The translations under genes and the position numbers were made by a program. DNA of 57,493 bases, filler included, from Sphacelaria rigidula (Eukaryota): the NCBI GenBank assembly GCA_964200075.2. It is 4 parts of 4 records of this genome, joined end to end, with 100 filler letters (N's around TTAATTAATTAA, not from the genome) between each part and the next. Parts side by side here need not be neighbours in the genome. Positions count along the whole stretch, not along the records: positions 43,199 to 57,493 come from CAXNAA020002331.1; 3 more parts are not named here. One strand, given 5' to 3'. The notes under the pieces were generated by a model. It was not told the origin of the DNA and did not search any database. It saw only the letters and a list, made by a program, of their open reading frames with translations. Shown in pieces: positions 45,553 to 57,493 of the stretch (positions are counted from its first letter, which is position 1; the number at the start of each line of letters is the position of its first letter).

Positions 45553-48500
45553 TTAATGAATGTCAACATTCTCACCACACGACTGCATACACTGCAGATC
45601 AACTTGTCATGGCTCTCCACAGCACACACAGTCTACGCCGTTTCTGCGTCTGTCATCCGCAGTCAGTGCGCTGCCCTCTATAGGCAGTTACCTCCTCAGC
45701 AAGCAAGACGGGTCACGGAGCTCAAGGCAGCACGAAATTCCCTCCCCGTTTGTGCATCTTGATTGATTTTCGCACGTTAACTGATCCCCGAGGGGTCCAG
45801 CTGTGGTCAGAAGCTGAACAAAATTGGAAATCTCGCTATAGGTAACTCGAGAAAGAGAAGAGACGAAGGATAAAAGGAGCGGGGTAAACCGAACTGAATT
45901 GCATCTGAGTCGTCCAATGGTCTCTGTTCGTTTCCGGCTTCCCATGCACACCCTGAGACTGTTGAGTTAATGAATGGCAGTCCATTTGTGCTACAACATA
46001 TTCGTGCACTTCGCTGGTCTGAGGTCACGTCGGTTGTTTGCTCAGCTAACCCGCTTGTGCTGGAACATGCCCCTTCCGATGCCTCCACCCTTTCCCTGTT
46101 ACAGCCACGGGACTATCAGACAAACTGCTGTTCCGAGACGAAGCTCACAGCCGGAGATTTACTATCGATGGACTTGTCGTGTAGAGACGCTGCCGGCTCA
46201 TGAGAAACGCGTGCATAAGGGAGGAAACCTTTCTTTTTTTCAAAATACGATAAGGTAGCCTTGAGAAACGGAGACTCAAGTTGACTGCCCCGTCCTCATG
46301 TCCCTTCGTATCATGATAGGCGGAACAACATAATACAATGCAGCATCTTCATCAATAATTTCAGAGACATTTTTTTCACCTCTTTGTATGTTTCTTGATT
46401 GCAGGCGGCATATTTACATCGATCTATACGGAAGACTGTAGATTATTCTTCACAGAAGCATAACGCGGAACTCTATTGGAGGAGCATACCGCAACTGATA
46501 TGTCGAACATGCTCGACATTTTAATATGCTTGGCTTATTTTCGGTTCCTCGCCACCGCTTCGTCACCTCTCCACCTCTATTTTCCTTGAAGCCTCATACG
46601 TGCTATTAGTACATCCATCCCACGTCCTACATTTTCCTGCTTGTGTTGTCAAACACAGATGATCGATGCGCACATCCCAGTGCCGGGGCCAGACACTATC
46701 GTGCTCATGTGCGGACCTCCTCCCATGCTGAAGTTTGCCTGCCTCCCTGCGCTGGAGGCATTGGGCTATTCGGAGGAGATGCACTTCTCCTTCTGAGACA
46801 ATGGTGGTGTTTTCGGACGTTTCTAGTATTTTTTAGGGAATTACTTTTCGGCTTTTGACTTTGGGCTTTCGGCTTCTTGAAAAAAAATCCCTGGCGGATT
46901 CCCTCTTTTGCTTTTCTTTTTCGATCAGGGGGAAGGCCAAGAAAAAATATGGCGATTTATTCATGGTGTGTACTTCCGGGGCAGTTTCAAGGATCGTTTT
47001 TGTCATCAACAGTGTGATCCTGCTGCTTCCTTTGAGTGGCTATTCGGGGTCCACGTCGGCGAAAATTTTCTTGTGAATGACGTAGTGGGTGGCAAAAGCA
47101 TCTCTTGAGTCAGTCGAAGTTTACGGGGGGTTTCGAAGTACTTGATGAGCTTGATGAGACTTGATGAGACTTGATGAAACACTCGCCCAAGAAGTTTCTG
47201 TGCGTGATGTATGTGTTGCTTGTTGTGCACATTCACATTCGAGAGAGACGCCAACACCATGAAAATTCAGCGACCAGTCAGGGTGATGGACCTCCGCGTT
47301 TATCCCATCGAAATATAGAACTGTTTTTCCGAGTGAAAACTCTATGTGGTTGTGATATGAATGGCATCATTTCCCGCGCACCGTCAACGTCTGAGCACGC
47401 GGCGGAATAACAAAAGTGCAGCGTCTATATTCCTCTTGCCGCCTGACCGTCACGGCACGTCGGGTCGTCTGGGTCTTCAAGTTTTTTTTTTGTACTTGAG
47501 GACCTATATTATCGATACAGTCTTTTCGGAGATTGCCAAGATTTTAGCCGTTTTCGTACCTGGGGTTTGGCGTTCTCCGAAAATGAAGCGGTGAGATTTT
47601 TGCTTCGAACCGAAAATTTCGGACCGCAGCGCAACATTCCGCAGAGCTGCTCATAGCACACGCCGTGGCGCTCGCAAGCATGCGAGAGTCGCCAGGGACC
47701 TTGCTAGTGACACCCTGGGCTATGTCGTAGATTAAGAAGCACCGCGGGTTGGCGGTATCTACCTCCTTAGATGGCGTGTGCCCCGGCAGCGGCGTTGGAG
47801 CTGTTGGGGTCAAGCATGGTGGTGGTCGTTTTTTGCAGATATACACACTTTAGAAGTAAAGAGGAGAAACAATCCACTAGCTACCTACTCGCCTGCAGTT
47901 CTGCTACGAGTGTACGCTACCAGTGTAAAGGTCGTCATTTCATTGAGTGTGTCTGCGCATACAACTACATAAAGCAAACATGCTGCAATCTTTGCACGGG
48001 GCTTTCTGCAGTCAGCATGTTTACCCATGTGTGCTACTGCAGCATCCCGAGAGAGCCGGTCGATCACGCCCTCGTCTGTCCAACTGCCCCCCCCGTGTCA
48101 CCGAGAGGTTGCGAGAAAGATGTTCACCATGGTTATGAACGATATGCATGGGCAGGTAGCATAACCCTATCCTCTATTTTGCCAGCGAAGGCAAGCAAAC
48201 GACGAGATCAGCACCATCTGTAACGAGATATCTCACAGCAACAGATAGTAGATATAGATAATAATGAGCCGTTGGGAGCTTTCCTAAATTTGAGGACTTC
48301 TCTAAAACATTTCTTCGATCATAAAAGGGCCTAATAATAGTACCGACTCAACCGAGGAGGGACGCACCGCGGTGCTCAAGCTAATCCTTCCACCACGAAG
48401 ACCCTTTGGATGTTTCTGATAGGAGCATCCGCGGGTCGTGTACAAAATTCAACACAAGACAGAGCGTTTCCATAGCAGGAATCTCAACCGGCAATATTTT

Positions 48501-50482
48501 TCACGATTTCATGTTTGACTTCGAAAACAACTGCAGGACAAAGATCGCAGGCAGGTCAAAGTGATGCTGCGACAGCTCCCCCCTAAACCGGCCTCCAAAA
48601 CTGCCACGAGGGGAACAGTCATACAGTGTATGGTAGCTTGTTTCAGACTGCATAAAGCCTGTCATACGGGCGACATTGGCGAAATGGTCCCACGCAAGGG
48701 AGTTCTGTCATTTCATTTCAAATGTAGGTTTTGCCTCCTACAGTATTTTGAAGCGACGGCGATGGCGGGGGCGGGGGGCGGGGGGCTATCTCGGCACCAG
48801 TCGTCGACAATTCTGTATAGATCCCGGAGCCCACGTACTGCTGCTGGTCATGTTGCCTAGTTCGTTACATATTTTGCGTCGGCCGTGCAGAAATGGAGGT
48901 TGCGAGCCGTAGGCGGTATGCCGCAAACAAGCAAATAAATTTGAAAGAACCACAGCATGTATTTTATTCAAGATTTTTCCTGATCCAGTTGGCGGGCTAT
49001 ATTATTGGGGAGCCACGACACAATATACCAAAACACCGCGCCATTAAAAGTACAGCCCTCCTGTACCATAAGCCATGCTCAATACTGCGTAGTGTATGTA
49101 GCACTACACTTTTCTATTGCGAGGCGCTGATGATGGATGATGTACACTGGAGGAAGAATGCAAGTTGAGGGTTTGATGCTGACTCGCCTATTGTACTATC
49201 TGTCCGCACTGACGTACCTTGCATTGGTGTTGATGTATAAAATACGTCAACGAGCTGCTCAACCATGTGTGCCATTCCCGCATCTTCAACTGTCACTCAA
49301 CCCTTGTTGACTTTCAGCACTTGTGCGGGTATGAAAATCCATCACTTTGGCGAAAGTATCATTTGAGAAAAATGAGTAATGCAACCATACGCTAAACGTA
49401 CATGCCATGACAAGAGAACATCTGTCGTACCAACATAAATTCACCGTTGTACTACTTCACTGTGCCGTAAAACTACGTAGGTCCGAAATGCTTAGTCAAC
49501 TATGCGTGTGGTACTCACTCACTGTCGATGTTAGTCAATCAACCTCCAACCGAAAAGTAGGAGTAAGCAGCCACACAGACACCGGTTATCGTAACTTTGC
49601 TGTGCATCGACAAAAGCTGTGAGATTTCATGATCGCCATGTATTTTGTCTCTCTCTATCCTCATCCCTGTCTGCGTACTACGCACGATTTGTGGCGCAGC
49701 GTAAGCGCACGCGCACAAGGCACTAACTGCGTTATACCTAGATCACTGTAAGAGTACAGTACCCACGGTATCGCACATGCGTAGGACAGTACTGTAGGAG
49801 AGTCGAACCACCCGAAAATGTTGAAAAATCCAATCCATTTGGCTGTGGTGAGCACGGAAGATCTTAAGAATATTTGAACGGATTTGCTGTGCTCTTTATC
49901 CTCGTAAAATGGACCGTGATGATGTCAGCCGCTGTTGGCCGGGTGCTTGCGAAAGTGTTGCGGTATCAGTCAGGTGCGGTAAGATCGAGTCACAGGGGAT
50001 TCTCCGCTGCGCCGCAGCGCATTGGAGTTTGGGTGATGATCGATGCGAATTGTTTATCCGTGCTTGTCGCGGAAGAGATACACTGTGGCGTACAGTCGAT
50101 ACTCGAGCACGAAACACGTACCGTCGGTCGGTGGTAGTTGAGGGAGGGAAGGGGTAAACCGGTGACGACTTGCAGACAACGACCACGTTGTAAGCGGCAA
50201 GACTTGCGGTACCGCACCGTGTACCCGTGGCCCACATCGGACACGAAATCGACTTCAATTTACCTCCTGACCACGCTTGTCAACCAACGTAGCAGAACAG
50301 CTGTAGGCAGAATACCCACGTGAGCTGCCGAGCGCAACACCACGAGATGTACACAGCTCCTTAGACTGTTGCTCATGATAGGTGTACACAACCAAACTTT
50401 CGTCTTCAGTCGGCAGATCGTATCCAAAAAAACGGTGAAACAAGCAAAGGGTACCCCTCGGGTACAGCATTGACTGCGCGTA

Positions 50483-51861
50483 TTGCTCGAGACACCGAGC
50501 GCCGCGCTGCACCCTTCTTCGTCGGCAGCCACCGACGAACCATCACGCCTGGCGCTCGCTATGATGGCCCCTGAGTGTCGAGGTATCATCGTGCCAGAAT
50601 CGGAGACGTCGGGCGATGTCAAGTCCGTACCACCTTGGACTGCCACGACCGCACCGACCGGTGACAAACTCATCAGGAGAGCACACTCCAGGCAGGCAGT
50701 TTTGCAAACCAGTAGCATCCTAACAAATACCGGTAACCGAGAAAGAAAAGCTGCCAGCGACGGTGAGAGCAGTGGGTATCTCTGCACTTCCACACATGAG
50801 GTCGGCGGTATCCTCGGCTTTTCCAAAGCAAAGCCTGTTGAACACCAGCAGCAGCAGCAGCGGCAACGGCAACAACCGATCTCAGAAGATCCAGCATGTC
50901 TTGGACCAACATCTTACCATTCAACCCAGTCGAGACGAGCCGCCAACGAAGAGGACAGTAACAGCAACCCTGCGCTCGACTTCCGGTTTCCCACGAAAGT
51001 CCCACCGGGGGTGACAACAGCCACTGGCAGTGACGACAGCGGTAGCCGTCGAGGCGGCGGCGGCGGCGGCGAGTGCTCAGATTCTCTCCCGTCTGGCCCA
51101 GATAGTTCACGGGGTGCGCGCAGCTTACAACCATACCCGACGCGTACAAGGGTGCACGAGATCGGTAGCAGCACGGATGTTGCTGCTGATGATAAAGACG
51201 CCACCGAACGCGGCTACGACAACAACAGCAGCAATAGCAGCAGCAACAGCGGGGACGAAAGTCATTCCAACGCTTGTAGCAAATACACGAAGAACGGATC
51301 GTCGATGCTTCTGCCGTTCCACATGCTTCCTTTTGAGGTGCGGGCGCATCTGCTCATGCAAAACTCGACGGCGCATCAATCCTTGTCCTCGTCGTCTATC
51401 GATTCTTCCACTCGAGATGATGGAGCATGCGATAACATAGAAGACAGTGTCTACCGTGAGGACGAGGCGGCTGCGGCGGCGGTAGATGAGTGGTTTCCCC
51501 TACTGCCGCCGGCAATAGCGGCAGCAGCTACGCAGCATCAACAACAAAGTATGGAAACGACACAGCTGTTACCCACCATCCTCCCCGGCAATTCGGGACA
51601 ACAGCAAGGGGGCAGCACAAATACAACGAAGACAACAGAAGATCTCGCTGAACACAGCGCGTTCCAAGCAGCGTCAACGGGGTCAATTTCTCGGTTTCAT
51701 CATGACGGCAGGTCATGGAGGGTTCAAAATGGGCCTGTCTTGTCATTGCCTAGGGCACGACGGCAAGGGTCGTCACGCAGGGATTATTGGGGGAACGTTC
51801 ATGGTACTACTGTTGCTACTGCGGCTGCTGATGCGACGAAATGCGTTAACTACGACGGAAG
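50483..51861 (+). CDS. Large ORF/exon encoding a low-complexity Ser/Ala/Gln/Gly-rich protein of unknown function
   Basis: ~460-codon open frame with poly-Q, poly-G, poly-S and poly-A tracts. First in-frame ATG at 50561. A strong donor-like site GAAG|GTGAGC at 51861/51862 lies just before the in-frame stop. No domain recognised. Confidence 0.55.
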
Positions 51862-52894
51862 GTGAGCGTGTGTGTCGCATGGTACACCTGCTGTCATAAT
51901 CATCATCATCGTGTCGTTTTCATGCTGCTTGTTTTTCTGCACCTGGCTCTTTTTTTCATGTGCGCTGTACACTCGTTTCGACGCCTTTCTCAGCATGCGA
52001 GAGCAAAATCACTAACAGGGACTTTCGGGACGGCCTTGTTGTAGGCCTGGCACGTGGTATGATGTGGGCCTGTGTGAACGATTTCACAGTCCTCCCTGTA
52101 TAATTACAATACTCTACACTGTTGTCACGTTTCAATAACACGCTACACTACACTACACTACACTATACACTACAGTAGAAAGGCGCACTTTCGTCTCTGG
52201 AGCGTAAGGTAAAAGAGGAAGTTGAGAAATCATCTAGTGAACTCTACAGTCCGATGGAAGCCGCTTTATTAGTTCAAATCCAGACTCCGAAATTGTTCGA
52301 TGGTTGCCATGAAAGCAATAAATTTTCCTTCTTGCTTCTGAAAATAGCGAGCAGCCAATATCCCATTTTCTGTCGAAAATGTCGCGTTGTAATTGCGGCG
52401 AGTAATTCCACCCCGCGCAAATTCCTTGACGTACCGCCGAAGACACAGCTTATAATAATCCCGGCTGTCTTTCCGGGAAATTTGTGCGTTAGACACCGGC
52501 AGCACGAGCTGCAATCTATCAGCATGTCAGTGCGTTAAAAGAACAAATCCGGAACTTGCGCCACGATCATGCGCAGAAATACCCACCCCCAACGTCTTAC
52601 ATGTCCTGTCGTGTTTCATCTATTTTCGGGTTCTTCCCCCCCCCCATCCCCCTGCTGCACACTTACGCACTCGCTCCCGATTTCTTCCGTGGTATACATA
52701 CGAATATAACCATTTGGTGGTATCCTTCCTACACATGTTCTTTGACCCTTTGACTTCGAGACTTGAGCGGTTTTTACAGCTGGAGATCGCGGGCGTTGAA
52801 ATCGGTTCATAAGCCTTCGCATAGGTGTAAGTGAAACTCAGGAGTGGTACGTGCTTTGCAACGAAACGGTTCCGTAGGGGAACTACGGGGTTGA

Positions 52895-52997
52895 CCCTTT
52901 GACCGCACGGGTGAATGAATCATGCGGGTATCACGGCCAGTTTTCCGATGATGAATGACGCCGACTCCACAGATGGCCCACTTTGGCGGTCAGGGGG
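52895..52997. mobile_element. Degenerate piggyBac-like mini-MITE
   Basis: TTGA|CCCTTTGACCGC ... GCGGTCAGGGGG|TTAA. Confidence 0.55.
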
Positions 52998-53975
52998 TTA
53001 ATGTTTTCATGTGCCATCCGCTTACGATGATACGCAGTAAGGTCTGCCAACTTTCCACATACACACATGTAGATCATGGCGGTATGATGCGCTCGAGCGC
53101 CTGCGCTAGTGCCATCTCTGCTGGCGAAGAAGGAACCGCACGTAAGTTGCTCCGTCCGCGGCCGCGCAACGTGCAACAAATATCTGTGCAGCAAAACGTT
53201 TCCCTCGTCGAGCTTGGCTGGGAAACATTATCGAAACTAGAGGGATGACACACAGCGTCCATTTATTGTTATTGAAGATGATAATTGTGTTCTTCTTCTG
53301 CCTGCGGCGGTGTGCAAATTTCGCTCGAGTCAATTTGTATGTACGCACAACAAAAGCGCAGTGAAGACATGGACCACGTGGTGCGCTGGACCTTCCGGCC
53401 AGCAACAGCAACATACGACGTCATCGGTACGAGTGGCGTGAAGGAACACAACGAGAAAGTTATCCTTCACTGGCGTGGCATATATATCGTGCTTATCAGC
53501 TTTACTCATTTGTCGTTCACGACGCGTTTTTCCATCCGTCCGTTGCAAATCGCCACCATTCACTCTTCTGACTCATGTGCCCATCGGCGAGTTCACATAA
53601 AAAAAGACGTGAAACAGATATGGAGAAGCAAGCAAAACCTTCCAGCCCCTTCTCGTGTACGAATGAGAGGGAGACGGGAAAGTTGATCCTTCTTTCCATA
53701 TCTTGTTGATACATGTCGATGGGAGAACGAGCAGTCAATGTTTCTCATGCACTTTTTCAGGATCACACCACGCTGTGCAGGTTTGTTTTTCCCCTCTTCT
53801 CGTTCAACCGTTTTACCGCCGGGTGGGGTAGATCATCTGCGTGTGCCATTCCTTTTGCAAGCGAATATCGCGGCGATTCACCAGATGATCGACCCACCAT
53901 GGCTGTCAGAGGGTCCACGTACCATTTCTCGCGACGCTTGTGTGTGGACGGTGTGAAAATGCCCTGTACTCGACC

Positions 53976-54367
53976 GCGAGTTGCCCTGGTGGCTCATTTG
54001 GTAACCTCAAAACCTTTTGACGGTTGGGTCGTGGGTCGAATCTCGGTGAAGTCACACCACGAGCTGGGATTTTTTCTCGCTCCATGCCCAACAGTGGAGA
54101 GCGACTATATCGTGGGTACATAAAATTCGACTACACGGTCGACGAGGGAAAGATAATGCTGAACCCCGCTCGTGATGGAAAATAAGGCAAGCAGCACCAC
54201 AGAAGAAATAAGGTGGAGTAGCAAAACAAGATAAAACCGGAAAATCTCCTGTCTGTGTTGGCCTTCCTCCTGTGTGACCACGGCTGATGCGCCCACATAT
54301 ACATATACTGAAAGGTGTAGGTTGGCGTCCAGAATAGATGGGGGATGTCAACACACACAACACACAC
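53976..54367 (+). mobile_element. tRNA-derived SINE, near full length (~390 bp)
   Basis: A box TGGCTCATTTGG (53990-54001), B-box-like GGGTCGAATCT (54033-54043), a non-tRNA body and a CA-rich tail. Partial copies at 9612-9705, 43199-43332 and 45050-45125. Confidence 0.75.
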
Positions 54368-55304
54368 TTACTTGTCATGAACCATTTTCTCCAGGTAGCC
54401 GATACCCGTCCCCACCTTCGAACGTATACATCATGCTGGAAACGCATGATGACGAAAAAAAACGGTCCGCCGACGCACGTCTGTCTGCGTCCCAGATCGT
54501 TGCAACTTGCTTCCGAGTTTCTGAACACACACGGATGTATTCCGAATACTCTTCTTATTCTTATTCTTCTCCTTGTCATGCAGCACGGCTGCAGGACGCG
54601 GTTGTTGTAGGCATGTGTCGTCGACGAATGATTTCGTCTTTTGTGATGCATCCAAGCTAGGGTAACGCCCGCTACCACTTCCATACTTCATTGTTTTCGT
54701 ATTCTCGTTGTACTTGTAAGTCCCCCCATTCCACCCCCGGGACGCATCCGTGTCTTGAAGTGATCGACGACGCCCGCCTCCCACTGGCGTGCCTGCATGA
54801 TCTTGGCATCGTGGATCATAGGACCAACGCTCCCGTACCGCGTAGGCTCTCTCGTCCTCATTTGTCTTGCCACTCATGTCCTGGCGCTCTTCTCGACGGA
54901 AACCAAATTAATCTCAAAACGCTGACGGAGATTCGGACCCTCAACCGCCCGCGTTAAACTAGCCGATGGTGTATATATATATATATATATATATATGCAC
55001 ATGTGTATACCATTTGGACCGCCCGTTCCCCCTTGATCACGAATGTGGAGTGCAGCGCAGTACAGTACAGTACAGTACAGTACAATACAATGCAGTAGTA
55101 TCACCCACGTATTTTGAGACCAATCATCCGACACATTACAACATGTGCACGCAACCCTGTTGCCTTAATCAAAATGAAGCACTGTTGTTGGTACAAGGAG
55201 CATCACAAATTATACGTGGCAGAATTGCCGGGTAAACTGTGAGTCGTACGTCCAATTTTCATAACTGTAAGCTATCACACGCGGGCGGCGGTGGCGGCGG
55301 CGGC

Positions 55305-55650
55305 GGCGAGGGTGTTCTCATGACCATGCATGCCACAGTCACAGTCACATGACCATTGACCTCGCATCCCTATAAAGCCGGGACGCCGGGTTTTCGCCAG
55401 ACCAGGCTCGCACTCAATCACCAAGCGCGAAGCGCCGTGGTGTGTTCGGCGAGTCGCATGAAGGATGAGCTGCATTCTGCTAAGATTGTTGGGCCCGAAG
55501 CGTACTGATTATGTTGCATTTGGATGACAGCCTACAACGAGTTGGTTAATTTTGTGGTATCGCCACCCCCACAGACAGCCACGGGTCATACACTGCCTCA
55601 CGAGTGTCTCGCCATTTGAACACCACGTAGTACGATCATCCCCACTGTGC
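55305..55650 (-). mobile_element. Family B non-LTR 3' fragment
   Basis: Reverse complement is colinear with 38118-38455 and ends GAGAACACCC followed by a (CGC)n tract. Confidence 0.75.
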
Positions 55651-56012
55651 GAGGTTGAGGCTCTCCCACGCCGTGCGACATGATCTAGCTCGACTACCAT
55701 CATGGTTCCCGCAGAAAAACGCCAGCGCGCAAAAACAAATTGGTAACCTGGATGCCTAGCTTACGCGGTGGGTTATACAGCATCATCGCCAACCGACGCC
55801 AAGCCTATCGGGGGTCCGCCCCTACAAAGCCGGAACGGAGCACGTCGGGTTCTCGTCGGACCAGGGGGCGGCGGGGGCGGCGGCGGGGGGGGAGTGTTGC
55901 CTGTGGCCCGAAAGGAGCCCTTACGTTTAACAGCGTTCGATGAAAATAAACACCCACCTCCGTCGTGGGACCACCGTCTGTATCTGTTCAGCACAACTTT
56001 ACCTTCTAGATT

Positions 56013-56054
56013 GACAACAACAACAACAATAACAACAACAACAACAACAACAAC
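56013..56054 (+). repeat. (ACA)n microsatellite
   Basis: Direct inspection. Other microsatellites: (TA)n ~27665, ~30540, ~54972; (CTACA)n ~52143; (CAGTA)n ~55058. Confidence 0.9.
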
Positions 56055-56169
56055 ATAATGCTCCGAACTCGTCACTGTCTGAATCGATGCCCCAAAAGCG
56101 ACGCCTTCGTGCCTGCAGCGCTTTTGTTTGAAACGAGCCCTCCTCCTCGCCGCCCCCCTTTCCCCTGCT

Positions 56170-56425
56170 TGTCTCTGGAAGTAGCGATACCAGATAATGA
56201 AACAGCTCACTCGAGATTGTCACGAATATACCCGAGATGATATTGCACGCCCCGGGCCGAACAATGTTAGCAATATGCAGCTCATGCTTCATGCGACTCG
56301 CCGAACGCTTCGCGATTGGTGATTTGCGGTCCTGATCCGGGGAAAATCCGTCCCGGCGTTCTAGGGATGATATATCATTGGCCCTATGACTACGACATGC
56401 CGAATCAAGAGTACCCCCTCCTGTA
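56170..56425 (+). mobile_element. Family B non-LTR 3' fragment
   Basis: Colinear with 38190-38455 and ends GAGTACCCCCTCC. Confidence 0.7.
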
Positions 56426-57289
56426 CCCCCGCCCCCAGCCATAACCTGAAGTGGCTCACAGTATGTGTTCGCTCTAAGTATCGCCTACTTTTTGTTGGTG
56501 ATGCTATCTGCTTGCCTTCGGTCACCCGATTATCAATCTTTTCCGTACGTGCCTCGAACCCTCGTACCCCAACACACACGCACACGCTATTGACTACACT
56601 TCGAACTTGTGCCGTCATGCTGTACCCAGAGTTGCCACCAGCATTCGTCATTCCAATGCTTTTGCGTCCCTGGCTGCGTTGCCGCGTGTATCGTGCACCA
56701 GTTTTCATGGGCCATCGACATAATAATTCGCCTGTTTTCAAAGTAATTACTTCAAGACACGCACGGACAGACTCACACGCACACACGACTCCCTGAATCG
56801 CCTAAGCATTCCAGCAATACAAAGCTCCTGACTCAGCCTGAACAGATACGAGCACGGCACCCCCAACAGCCCACCACGCTCCTCCGTAAGATACAGGATT
56901 TCCCCGCCCGTCCGCCCCACTCAGTTTATCTCAAAAACAGTAGTGCAGTACTCGTACTCATTCTCACCCCACGGTGGTGGTATCCAGTGCAGTAGTCGCT
57001 GGACCCATGCGCAGTCTCGACTCATACACCGTATTAAGCCCCACATAAAAATACTAGATTTACATTACAAAGAATGACGCCTATTTAATATGCAAGGTAT
57101 GTCTACGCGGGTATACTGCTGGTGAAGCATGATCAGGCTTCAGGGTAGGGGTGATCCCTGAAGAAAGTCCGGTGACCGATATAAGGTATGTCATTTTTCT
57201 GGACACCCATACTTTCTATTTAGGTCCACCTCTTACATTCCCCCTTCCCCCCGCCCCTTTCCCACCCCCACCTGATGCATCCGCCTAGT

Positions 57290-57440
57290 GAATGGCAGAA
57301 ACGTAGTGAGCACCGAAATGTTGGAGGTACCCCAATTGGGAGTAGAAACGGTGCTCCGTCTCGGAAGGGATGCGTAGCCGATGATAAAACGACTAAGGCA
57401 AGCAACAAATGAGTACGACCCCCCCCCCCCCCCCCCCCCC
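57290..57440 (+). mobile_element. LINE extreme 3'-end fragment followed by poly(C)
   Basis: AATGTTGGAGGT...AACGGTGCTCCGTCTCGGAAGGGATGCGT...ACGACTAAGGCAAGCAACAAATGAGTACGA then a long C run. Matches 22400-22520 and 37990-38105. Confidence 0.85.
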
Positions 57441-57458
57441 TGACACAAATTAAACCCC

Positions 57459-57493
<35 letters not shown>

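Noticed and set aside
53983-54050. tRNA gene
   Set aside because: A/B boxes are present but I could not build a convincing cloverleaf, and the sequence continues into a repeated body, so it is called a SINE head.
57461-57493. Poly(A) as the LINE tail or an mRNA tail
   Set aside because: Separated from the LINE end by a C run and ~20 nt, located at the contig end, and absent from the other LINE copies; likely a homopolymer where assembly stopped.
1-57493. A multi-gene system linking the EsV-1-7, DDRGK-like, HAD-like and RT sequences
   Set aside because: They lie on different, artificially concatenated contigs, and the RT is a decayed ordinary LINE ORF2.

Overview
Eukaryotic, intron- and transposon-rich DNA that looks like a brown alga (Phaeophyceae, Ectocarpus-like). 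This is inferred from the EsV-1-7 repeat gene and the exon/intron style. The window is not one locus. It is four contigs (1-14300, 14401-28699, 28800-43098, 43199-57493; 14300/14299/14299/14295 bp, so sorted by length) joined by artificial N44-TTAATTAATTAA-N44 spacers, and neighbourhood across the spacers means nothing. Contig 1 has a long ORF (6312-8705) encoding an array of 38-aa C-x4-C-x16-C-x2-H (EsV-1-7) repeats with hypervariable positions, plus MITEs, a tyrosine-recombinase remnant and a decayed coding-like region between diverged direct repeats. Contig 2 has two exons of a divergent DDRGK1/UFBP1-like gene separated by a predicted ~8-kb TE-filled intron, convergent with an Erv41/Erv46 (ERGIC)-family gene. 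Contig 3 has one exon of a HAD-like DxDxT hydrolase and a decayed LINE with a FADD RT motif. Contig 4 has a large low-complexity ORF/exon of unknown function, a tRNA-derived SINE and several MITEs. The best leads are (i) a possible modular recognition code in the EsV-1-7 array and (ii) non-LTR retroelements that end without a 3' UTR or poly(A) and sit in C-rich tracts. No rRNA, true tRNA or CRISPR array was found.
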